Shown one piece after another: positions 1 to 10,852 of a DNA stretch of 64,000 bases; within the stretch, counting starts at the first letter, position 1; every line of letters starts with the position of its first letter. The notes beneath the pieces are model-generated. The model was not told the origin of the DNA. It saw only the letters and a program-made list of their open reading frames with translations, and ran no database searches. A program made the position numbers and the translations under genes. This stretch comes from Octopus vulgaris (taxonomy: Eukaryota), in NCBI GenBank assembly GCA_951406725.2, contig OX597814.1, positions 186,620,001 to 186,684,000 on the forward strand, in the 5' to 3' direction.

Positions 1-127
1 AACTTAGTGCACATGCACAGTAAAGTTCAAGGTCAATCTGTGCCAAGCGGCTTCACTATGCTTGCTTTAGCTTCGTTACTATGGCAACAGTCTGGACACT
101 TATTGATCAGACCTCGTACACACACAT

Positions 128-267
128 ATAGATAGATAGATAGATAGATAGATACATACATACATACATACATACATACATACATACATACATACATACA
201 TACATACATACATCATACATACATACATACATACATACATACATACATACATACATACATACATACA
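128..267. repeat. (TAGA)n/(TACA)n compound microsatellite
   Basis: Directly visible tetranucleotide arrays; these explain the YVCM/YLSI ORFs. Confidence 0.97.
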
Positions 268-269
268 AC

Positions 270-514
270 GATGAAAGTTCCTTCCCGAGCCACATACTCA
301 TAAGGCCGGTTTCCCGGATTCTGTAGCCTATATATTCCCCACCTCCTGAACGGGACGCCGATCTGTCGCAAGATTATTTTTGCCAGCTGAGTGAACTCAA
401 ACAGCGTGAAATGCAATGTTCGCTCTAGACCACAACGCACCCCCTCGTCCTGGAATCGAAGCTACACTCTTACGATCTTGAGTGCAATACCTTTACCACT
501 AAACTTTGCAGCCA
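270..514 (-). mobile_element. Degenerate tRNA-derived SINE
   Basis: Tail gttccttcccgagccacatactcataaggccggtttcccgg matches the tail of the SINEs at 20555 and 49868; B-box-like (rc) ggaatcgaa near the other end. Confidence 0.75.
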
Positions 515-1104
515 CACGCGCGCGCGCACAAACACACACATTCATATATACATAGATACATAAATACACACGTACAAAGACACAGTGCTTTTTTTTTGTC
601 GTTTTAATAACACGAATATATAATGTAAGTTTCCAAGCTAGTAGGGTGAGAGCTGAGAAAGGTTTTGGCTGTTATTTCTAGCGTGTAGTTTGAATTGTAT
701 AAAGTACACATTAAATAATTAACTTTCATTAACTTTCAATAATTAGTACACTACGTACATTGGTGAAAACAGAGAGACCAAATTAAAGAATTCCTTGGTT
801 ATTTGTACAAACATTCAAGCTAATGATTAGGTTATACCATAGAATTTTCTTAGCTCGACGAACTAAAAGTTTTTGGTAGTTATTCTATTCTATCTGAAAA
901 TCCACTACAGTTAAAACGCTTCATTTCAGAATTCATAAATTTTTTATAAAAACTCTACAGTTGAAGATAAGATGATATACGTCTCCTAACAGACTAAGTT
1001 ACGGAGAATATATAAGGGTCATCAGAACCCTTATTAATATAAAATGACTCTTCACCAGCGTTATGATAATGGAATAAATTTAAGCGTCAAAATCTTATGT
1101 TATA

Positions 1105-1410
1105 CTAGCAGTATCGCCCGGCGTTGCTCGGGTTTGTAAGGGAAATAACTCTATAAGCATTTTTAGAGAGTTACTTCCCTTATATAATAGCAAAAAATGC
1201 ATTAAAAATGGGGGGAAATGATGATAATCTTTTTTTTTTTTTAATCGTAGACTCATCGTAGATGTGCGCTAATACCCAGAAGGGCTCGATATGAATCACG
1301 ACTATAAGATACCCGCTTTTTGTTACACTGCACCGCAAAATGTGGGAGTAGTTAGGAATCTAAATCGTAGGAGACAGACACTCACACAACTTCACTTTTA
1401 TATATAAAGA
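1105..1410 (-). mobile_element. Non-autonomous Helitron
   Basis: Minus strand reads A|TC...hairpin cccgagcaacgccggg...CTAG|T with no TSD; second copy at 14281. Confidence 0.85.
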
Positions 1411-1893
1411 TATAGAAAACTTACTTTTCTAAGGTTATTCTCGACAGTAATTTTTTTTTAAAACACATTGTCATCTCACTACGCATTAACTAATCAGCTC
1501 ATAAAGACTAATGATTAAGTAGGATGGTTTATTGACGCAGGGATAAAAAATTGTAATATAAAATTCAGTTTCTAGCATAGATATTACGAAACCATTCTAT
1601 GACTGATAACTTTATTATGCCCTAAATGAAGGTGAACTACTTTTCTAACTCTAAAAATAATAGGATCAAAGATTTTCTTACTGATTATGTGTAAATCTGA
1701 TTTTCCCAATACTGATTAATCTACATTTAGGGTGGTTAGCAAAATTGCTTAAAAGATCCTTTCGTTACCTAGATATTCTGAATAACATTTTTATTTCATT
1801 CCTAAGATTTCGTTCAAAGACTAATGTCGTGAAACTAGGAGTCACGAAATTTAATGTTTCAATATATATTTAATACCTATATTTTTATACTTG

Positions 1894-2320
1894 AGATCTT
1901 TTCGGTTTGAACGGCAGTTTTTTCTAGCCGTGTCATATGAAATTGTCACCCATAATTATGACCCTAGTATCGATCTATTGCATTTCAATCTATTTTAGGG
2001 TTAGGGTTAGAGTTAGGGTTAGGGGTGAGAGAAGGATATCTTTTTTTCTTCAGAAATGTAAATAAACCCAATCTGTTTCTTAAACGTGGAACATTTTCAT
2101 ACGGCACAAAATGTTTTCACCTTAATAGACGTCATTGATTGGTTGAAATTGCAGAAATTGAAGGAAAAAACAACAAATATCTTACAAACTATAGAATTTT
2201 CTCAATAAAGCCAAGAGAAAAAGATATTTTATAAACACATTCTACCATTATACGAAGTTTAAAAGTGTTTAGTTACGTGGAAATTATTTTAAAAAACTGC
2301 CGTTCAAACCGGAAAGATCC
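1894..2320. mobile_element. MITE with ~30-bp TIRs and 8-bp TSD (Merlin-like termini), internal TTAGGG tract
   Basis: Left agatcttttcggtttgaacggcagtttttt; right end reverse-complements to ggatctttccggtttgaacggcagtttttt. TSD tatacttg at 1886-1893 and 2321-2328. Confidence 0.9.
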
Positions 2321-3079
2321 TATACTTGGTTTTCATTATCGAGTACCCTCTTAATTCCATTATTCTACGTACTGAAGTATTAACGTGGACGTCTGCAGTT
2401 CCTCAATATAGAGTAGAGCACTATAATACGATGTATCTCATACTTAAAAGTTATATTTAAGAAAAGAAATTTAGTGTGCGGAATGAAATGACAAGCATAC
2501 TTCTTTGACGACTAGAAAACCAGGTATAGGTAGCGACACAGATACGGATTAAAGATATGCAGACATTTTTAAAAAACATCTGGAATTATTTGAAACGAAT
2601 TTATTTAATCTAATAAGAAAAGTCGGATTCCTGAGATTTGATAGCAAATTTCGGAGCTATTCAAAGAGTAACCTAAATTTTTTGACAAACCAAAATAAGA
2701 TGTGTGTTAATTCTGATAAGACCAAGAGTTTTTATAGTTTAGATAAAAATATTCATAGGAGATTATTGTCAAATAGTATCATCAACATCTGTTAAAAATC
2801 CGATATTAATACATATAAGTCTATTAATGTAGAATCTAAAGAAGTTGCATCCGTATTCAAAATAGAATACAAGGTAAAATCTTTGCCTCCCCATCTACGT
2901 ATTTTTTTTAGTTTTACCTCTACATCGAGGAACTAATGCATAGTATCTTATCTGAGAAACCACCAGAATTTAAAAGCGTCGTTATAGAATTTTGAAGCCT
3001 TAGTAAAAGCTTGAAGATAAACATAATATAGGTCTATTAACATTGGAGATTAAATTACAGAGAATATATGAGGATGATT

Positions 3080-3188
3080 GGCCTGCTCGCCTAGCCAGTG
3101 GGTGGTGTCATTCGAAAGCTAAAACAACGCAGAGCGCATGGTGACCAGCGATGTATAACAACATCCGATAGTCTGGTCGATACCGTGA
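3080..3188 (+). mobile_element. Short retroposon 3' fragment
   Basis: GC-richer insert flanked by the imperfect duplication tatgaggatgatt / tatgaaggtgatt; absent from the homologous segment at ~1010. Confidence 0.55.
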
Positions 3189-3404
3189 TATGAAGGTGAT
3201 TAGAACCCTGATTAATATAAAATAATTTTTCATTAAGATCATAATTCCGAAAGAAATCAGCGTCCAAATTTAACGTTATATCTAGAAAATTAATTCTAGT
3301 AAGGTTATTGACAAGAATAATTGACTAAAAAATAAAAGTGAAAAAAAAAAAAACATAACGTTTATTAATTCGTTTTGCAAGATTCTTGATGTGAAGTCGT
3401 GTGT

Positions 3405-3520
3405 TGAAACCGATATTGCTGTATTTCGGGACGGTCATTTTTTTCTTTTTGCTAAATAAACACACGCATTATATATTTTTTCTTCACTCGTTTATTACTG
3501 TTCTTATTTTATTATTTTAA
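3405..3520 (-). mobile_element. Fragment of PLE terminal repeat (pLTR) family
   Basis: tattgctgtatttcgggacggtcat...aataaacacacgca...cactcgtttattactgtt is shared with 37268 and 44567. Confidence 0.65.
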
Positions 3521-4369
3521 CATTATCTTCCCCAAATCGATCTATACCATGGCCATTCATACTTAATAAAAAAAAAAATGTTATCAGAATAAAGCTCCCC
3601 CTCCCCATATACACCATCTAACATCAGGAGCCGTTTATACAACAAATCTAAAGCATACAGCAAAAGCATTCCCGTTGCCTTTTTGTAGATCAAGGACTAA
3701 ATTGTTCAAAATGTCCTTTCGATTTCAAGGCGTTGAACATGTGATTTGAGGGAGATTTGGCTGCGATTCTATGCAATCACTAATAACTTTAATGACTGCA
3801 TAGATCATTGATGGCAAAATATGAAACGTCGACAATGACATGTCGTGATCTTCGAAAAAAAAAATTCCCCGTGCAATATCAGAAGCATTTACTAAAACTA
3901 AAATACTATATACATGCAAGTAACACTCTGGCAACAGAACTATTTAGGGACAATTCGATACGCTAGACGAAATAAGATGGCCCTCGCTTGTTCAGAATAT
4001 CCTCGTTGGTTCGACATAGTTCAAGTTTAATGAGGCTAAGAAATCTGTTAAGAGTGGTGTGGAGTGTTTCGACAAAAACTATATGGTGCATTTCACGAAT
4101 TTAAGTTTGTATGCAGTGAGGAGAAGAGGAGTATGTCATTTCGTCAGAGAGAGAGAGAGGGGGAGCGAGAGATTGTTTAATTGTTCTCATATCATAAGTC
4201 GTAAACTTTATAGCCGAAGTGAGTTGCATTGGTGCATTTCTAGTTCACACAACTCCTATTGAAATGTGGGTTGTGTGCAAGAGTAGGAATGTCTGTGCGT
4301 ACCGGCGCGCATGCATATGTGTGTGTAAGTGCATTTATATGTACATGAGTATATATACATATGCATATG

Positions 4370-4371
<2 letters not shown>

Positions 4372-4413
<42 letters not shown>

Positions 4414-4416
4414 CAA

Positions 4417-4479
<63 letters not shown>

Positions 4480-4487
4480 TATATATA
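4372..4487. repeat. (TA)n microsatellite
   Basis: Directly visible. Confidence 0.95.
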
Positions 4488-5643
4488 TTGAGTCATCCCA
4501 TAAATAATGCAGTTTTTTCAATTGTATGAACTAAATGTCGAAGTGGGGCGGGATAAACTACCTGCACCAACTTGCTGTAAAAGCAGGTAATAATTTTACT
4601 TTGCACTTATTCTTAGTGCAAGTTTTGAAGATTTTAATAGCTATATTTGCAAATGGAAGTGACAAATCTATAATGGAAGTGACAAAGGAGCATATTCAGC
4701 ATACTTTATGAGTAATAACGCCACGGGGAATATTAATTCAATATATAGGAATCGGACAATAAGCGTAAGCCAGTGCCAACGGTGGTTCCAGAAATTCCGA
4801 ACCGGAAATTACAGCCTAAAAGGTGAGAGGCCTGAGAGCTCGACGAGGATGTCCTGCAAATCCCGGTGGAACAAAATCTCATTATAACTGCTAAGGAACT
4901 AACAGAGAAGCTTGGATTTGGTCATTTAACCATTCATCGACACCTGCGTGTCATTGGAAAAGTCAACAAACTGGGTCAATGGGTTCCTCGCAAACTTTCC
5001 GAGTTTAATCGCGCGCAGAGAGTGAATGTATGCTCTTCTTTGCTGTCACGTCTCACGAATGAACCTTTTTTGGACCGTACAGTGACCGGTGATGAGAAAT
5101 GGATTTTCAATAAAAATGTCAAGCGCCGAAGACGGTGGGTAGGGAAAGGAGAAACACCGGTACCCCAGGCTAAAGAAGGTCTTCACCCACGTAAAGTGTT
5201 GTTATCTGTTTGGTGGGATATGAAAAGTTTAGTCCACTTTGAACTTTTAAACTCAAATCAAATGATAACAAAGAAGATCTACTGCGAGCAGCTTGAGCGG
5301 CTTATGTCAGCGCTAGAAGAAAAACGACCATCTTTGGTTTCAAGACGAAAGGTGTTCTTCCATCAGGATAATGCTCGGCCACATACAGCGAGGATGACAT
5401 TCCAAAGGTTGGAGCAGTTTGAATGGGAAATGATGCCCCACTCACCATATTCGCCAGACAACTGCCCCATCTGATTATCATTTATTCCGCAGTCTTCAAA
5501 ATCATTCGGACGGGAAAAAATATGAATTCTGTAGACGAGGTCAGATCAGTACTGCAGGAGCATTTTTCCTCATGGACAAGTGAATTTTGGAAGAGGGGCC
5601 TTGCATGTCTACCAGATAAACCGCATTATTTATGGGATGACCC
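4488..5643 (+). mobile_element. Mariner (DD34D) transposon, defective
   Basis: TIRs ttgagtcatcccataaataatgcagttt / aaaccgcattatttatgggatgaccc, TA at left; internal deletions and frameshifts; right end abuts a SINE fragment. Confidence 0.92.
4673..5617 (+). pseudogene. Mariner transposase pseudogene
   Basis: Starts MEVTKEHI. ORF 4866-5474 has WVPRKL, TGDEKW, HQDNARPH, PYSPD; frameshift to PSDYHLFRSLQN; C-terminus deleted after LPD. Confidence 0.92.
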
Positions 5644-5644
5644 T

Positions 5645-6004
<360 letters not shown>

Positions 6005-6207
6005 TTGATACAGCCACAATATTTGAAGATGAATTTTCTTAAAATTAAAAGTTATCAATTATATCAATTATATTTTTAAAAGAATCTTTAAAAGAAACAG
6101 ATTCACTCAGCCCTTTTGGAAACTTCCACAAGGTCCGTGTCAATCGGTTTATTAAAGATTTTTAAAATCTAATTAATAATTTTAATCTAAAAAAATATTT
6201 CTTCGCG

Positions 6208-6279
<72 letters not shown>

Positions 6280-6534
6280 AACAAACAAACACACCGTGTG
6301 TGTAGAGTTAAGATGGGCGAATAGGCAGAGTCGTTAGAGCGTTGGATAGAAAGCTTTGCGGTATTTGTTTCAACTCACCGTGGACTGGATTCAAACCAAA
6401 GTTAGTTTTGTCTTTCTATGAAATCGGCTGAATGGCCAGAAGATCGGAGGAGATGCTTTGTGATATTTGTTCTGTTCTTTGCTTCTGACAGTAATACTTG
6501 CGACAACACTGGTGCCAAACTGTGTCGGTCCAAG

Positions 6535-9489
6535 TCAGCTGACTTTCTCTTGGATAAATAGAGAAGAGAACTTGCATGAACGAGCAACTGCCATTCTACC
6601 TAAAAAAAAAGTCTTCTTCTTCTTGCATATGCATATATATGTACAGATACATGATCAAACGTGACTGGTGTTTGTCCTACAACAGAGAGAGTTAAGTAAA
6701 TTAAAGAAAAGTTTTCCAACTAATCAGAGTTGTATTGGCAACTTAGAGAGAGATAATGGTTTCTTCTTTTATAATTCTATTGACCTTAACGGTATATTAT
6801 AGGAATATAAAGGTACTCCAGTACTTTACTGCTACTTTACTTTCTGACCCCTGAAATGCTTTGATTAAAGGTTCTCAACGGGCCAATCACTGGTTAACTG
6901 CATTTTCAGAGATGAGTGACAAGAGTGTATATGCATAATTCAGGCGGAATGTCTCAGAATATTTTTATTCGACGCACTGATTTATCAACAATTTCTCGCT
7001 GATGTATATACCTTTTGCGGACGTACACATATATGAGGCGAGCTTCCACCCAGTTTCCATTCTCCAAATTTCATTCACAGGGCATTCGTTTACTTAGAAA
7101 ACGAACTTCTTAACCATACACCCATGCTTGTAACTACTCTTATAGAATAAAGAAACTGGAACATTTTTTTTTTCAAAATATATTGATACAAAACGAATTG
7201 ATAAAAGGAGTGTGTCTAAAACTTACTTTAATGTATTTCACTCCTTTATTAATCACCCAACCCAATTTTTCCTGACATATGTTAAGAAAAGAGTAGTCTT
7301 GTATATAGCACAATTCATTCCTTATTATATTAAAATTAACATGAGCATGTTTAAATCAACATTAAGGAAAATATATATCGCCAAAACTGTGAATAATGAT
7401 AAAAAAAAATTTAATAAGGATTAATGAGCTTTTATCTGCAAAAAGATCTCTCGGCAGCTGCTACCGTAACTGGCAATGCATATAGAACGATGGCAGTGCA
7501 ATATATACATTTGGGTAAAATGTCATTTAATTTGTATTTAAAAATAGACATGGTTCCAAATTGTCACTAAAGTTTAATGCATATAAAGTACTCCACTTCC
7601 TCTTGCATAGATCCTGAGAACTCGTCTGAATGTTTGTTCAATAATTTTGTGTGTTCAAGGTTGAGTGTCTCTGCTACCATTCTTCAGTATTGACACAAAA
7701 TACAGAACAAAATATTGTGTTTGCAGCGCTAAAATGCTTTGACACTCAAGTAATCACTGAATCAGTAAAGGAGACATTCTGTTTAAATTCAGATTTAAGT
7801 TCATCAAGGCTAACACGAAAACTTCTCGAACGTCTTCAATGACAGTGAATCTTAGTGTTGTGTTAATTTTTCGTTTTAATGGAAGTTGGTGCTTAATTTC
7901 GATTTCCACAATTTCTTCGATTAATTTTTGATCATTTTCCTCTTATGTCTTTAAGTTCGTTCAAGAGCGACTCTAGATTTGAGAGCTCTATACTCACTAT
8001 AACATCTCTTGTCTAGTTTTCAGCTGACTTTCTCTTGGATAAATAGAGAAGAGAACTTGCATGAACGAGCAACTGCCATTCTACCTAAAAAAAGTCTTCT
8101 TCTTCTTGCATATGCATATATATGTACAGATACATGATCAAACGTGACTGGTGTTTGTCCTACAACAGAGAGAGTTAAGTAAATTAAAGAAAAGTTTTCC
8201 AACTAATCAGAGTTGTCATTGGCAACTTAGAGAGAGATAATGGTTTCTTCTTTTATAATTCTATTGACCTTAACGGTATATTATAGGAATATAAAGGTAC
8301 TCCAGTACTTTACTGCTACTTTACTTTCTGACCCCTGAAATGCTTTGATTAAAGGTTCTCAACGGGCCAATCACTGGTTAACTGCATTTTCAGAGATGAG
8401 TGACAAGAGTGTATATGCATAATTCAGGCGGAATGTCTCAGAATATTTTTATTCGACGCACTGATTTATCAACAATTTCTCGCTGATGTATATACCTTTT
8501 GCGGACGTACACATATATGAGGCGAGCTTCCACCCAGTTTCCATTCTCCAAATTTCATTCACAGGGCATTCGTTTACTTAGAAAACGAACTTCTTAACCA
8601 TACACCCATGCTTGTAACTACTCTTATAGAATAAAGAAACTGGAACATTTTTTTTTCAAAATATATTGATACAAAACGAATTGATAAAAGGAGTGTGTCT
8701 AAAACTTACTTTAATGTATTTCACTCCTTTATTAATCACCCAACCCAATTTTTCCTGACATATGTTAAGAAAAGAGTAGTCTTGTATATAGCACAATTCA
8801 TTCCTTATTATATTAAAATTAACATGAGCATGTTTAAATCAACATTAAGGAAAATATATATCGCCAAAACTGTGAATAATGATAAAAAAAAATTTAATAA
8901 GGATTAATGAGCTTTTATCTGCAAAAAGATCTCTCGGCAGCTGCTACCGTAACTGGCAATGCATATAGAACGATGGCAGTGCAATATATACATTTGGGTA
9001 AAATGTCATTTAATTTGTATTTAAAAATAGACATGGTTCCAAATTGTCACTAAAGTTTAATGCATATAAAGTACTCCACTTCCTCTTGCATAGATCCTGA
9101 GAACTCGTCTGAATGTTTGTTCAATAATTTTGTGTGTTCAAGGTTGAGTGTCTCTGCTACCATTCTTCAGTATTGACACAAAATACAGAACAAAATATTG
9201 TGTTTGCAGCGCTAAAATGCTTTGACACTCAAGTAATCACTGAATCAGTAAAGGAGACATTCTGTTTAAATTCAGATTTAAGTTCATCAAGGCTAACACG
9301 AAAACTTCTCGAACGTCTTCAATGACAGTGAATCTTAGTGTTGTGTTAATTTTTCGTTTTAATGGAAGTTGGTGCTTAATTTCGATTTCCACAATTTCTT
9401 CGATTAATTTTTGATCATTTTCCTCTTATGTCTTTAAGTTCGTTCAAGAGCGACTCTAGATTTGAGAGCTCTATACTCACTATAACATC
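6535..9489. repeat. Near-identical tandem duplication of ~1.47 kb (6535-8006 and 8020-9489)
   Basis: Identical ORF pairs 7212/8695 and 7651/9134 (offset 1483); the differences I saw are homopolymer lengths and a 1-nt indel; 13-nt spacer. Confidence 0.97.
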
Positions 9490-9689
9490 CCCTGATGATG
9501 GAAGAGGCAGCGAACGTGCTATTTTCTGTTTGGTTGAAACTTCTGAAAATTCTCAACTTTGAATACCTGTAACATTTTTGCAAAAATTTTCAAGAATAAA
9601 TGAATAACAAATTCGGATTCAGCGTCAAAAATTACATCTATATGATACATTAAAATTTTTTAAAGATAATTGTAAACAGTGATGAAAAC
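9489..9689. repeat. ~200-bp near-identical copy of 10640-10841 (MITE 3' portion)
   Basis: cccctgatgatggaagagg...gtaaacagtgatgaaaac occurs twice, differing by one A in a homopolymer. Confidence 0.93.
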
Positions 9690-10161
9690 AAATTGTAAAC
9701 TTTTTACACCACTCAAAAATTGAAGTTACTCCCATGCATCATACTGGAGCATCTATTTTACACATTCATTGAATCACATGGGGGACGGTATTCCGTCGGT
9801 CATGGGTGACCATTCATTTATACATGTAGTATATGCAAGCCTAGTAAGTTTTTGTGTATGACTGGCAGTTTCCTATACATTCAAAATTCCTCTCTCCACA
9901 ACATCGATGTTATCCAAAAGAAAGGCCACTGACTTGGTTCGATACAGCTAGGTATCAGTGAATAGCAAGCGTAGAGAGAATAAATGAACAAAAGATTGAA
10001 AGTATGTGCTGTAGGGTATCATTGTACTTTCAGACAAGTTGGCAACATTATCATAACCCTGTTCACAACAATCTTGCTTGAATATTTCCGTAATCAGGTT
10101 TGCTAATTTGTCCCCATTACCTTTCAACAATAAACCATGCTTAAAAACTGTTATACACCAC

Positions 10162-10250
10162 GGCATATGGCGTATTGGTTTAGAACGCGGGCTACTAACC
10201 CCAAGATTCTGATTTCTATTCTAGGCAGTGACCTGAATAATAATGATGAT
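10162..10250 (+). mobile_element. Short tRNA-derived SINE
   Basis: A-box-like tggcgtattgg, anticodon-like arm gggctactaaccc, decayed B box, (AAT)-like tail. Confidence 0.6.
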
Positions 10251-10264
10251 TATTATTATTTTTA

Positions 10265-10510
10265 GGCGCAGGAATGGCTGTGTGGTAAGTAGCTTGCTTA
10301 CCAACCACATGGTTCCGAGTTCAGTCCCACCGCCAAGCACCTTGGGCAAGTGTCTTTTACTATAGCCTCAGACCGACCAAAGCCTTGTGAGTGGATTTGG
10401 TGTAGACGGAAACTGAAAGAAGCCCGTCGTATATATGTATATGTGTGTGTTTGAGTGTCTGTGTTTGCCCCCCCCCCCCCAACATCGCTTGACAACCGAT
10501 GCTGGTATGA
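10265..10510 (+). mobile_element. tRNA-derived SINE family B (CORE-like), 3'-truncated
   Basis: ggcgcaggaatggctgtgtggtaag...gcaccttgggcaagtgtc...; same family as 34317 and 36291. Confidence 0.88.
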
Positions 10511-10519
10511 TTGGGAAGA

Positions 10520-10852
10520 ACTGTTTCCATAGTAACCAAAGATGCTGTGCATGCGCACAAGGAGGAGAAGGAGATACGAGAAAGATAATTTATTTCATAA
10601 AATCCTAGTTTAATGTTTTGACATGCTGATTCCCCCTACCCCCTGATGATGGAAGAGGCAGCGAACGTGCTATTTTCTGTTTGGTTGAAACTTCTGAAAA
10701 TTCTCAACTTTGAATACCTGTAACATTTTTGCAAAAATTTTCAAGAATAAATGAATAACAAAATTCGGATTCAGCGTCAAAAATTACATCTATATGATAC
10801 ATTAAAATTTTTTAAAGATAATTGTAAACAGTGATGAAAACCACAAATATCC
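10520..10852. mobile_element. Truncated copy of the GGATCTTT-ended MITE family at 51241-52096
   Basis: Shares gtttccatagtaacc..gatgctgtgca and aaattcggattcagcgtcaaaaattacatctatatg, and the right TIR cagtgatgaaaaccacaaatatcc. Confidence 0.8.

Larger units (their letters stand above)
850..3330 (+). pseudogene. Highly decayed Penelope-like (Neptune-type) RT relics, partly repeated, interrupted by younger insertions
   Basis: Manual translation gives KHLELFETNLFNLIRKVGF, NSDKTKSFYSLDKNIHRRLLSNSI..KSINVESKEVA (2571-2890), SKVILDSN and NQLIKTND*VGWF (~1430-1530), resembling PLE RT N-terminal motifs (DKT..Y, ISK.ILD, NQWKNT..V..WF). 890-1450 and 2940-3320 are diverged homologues. Confidence 0.6.

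Noticed and set aside
107-440. ORFs rich in YVCM/YIYI/HTHT/LLLL/SSSS here and throughout (e.g. 4219, 14603, 32919-33246)
   Set aside because: Translations of microsatellites, not genes.
7212-9325. Pairs of identical short ORFs suggesting duplicated small genes
   Set aside because: Chance frames in or opposite a decayed hAT region within the tandem duplication; no homology cues.
9489-9520. CTGATGA as a possible hammerhead core (also at 10643)
   Set aside because: No stem II or properly placed GAAA; lies within MITE sequence.
10162-10235. Possible tRNA gene with ACT anticodon
   Set aside because: Broken T-arm/B box, no acceptor stem and an (AAT) tail; it is a SINE head.
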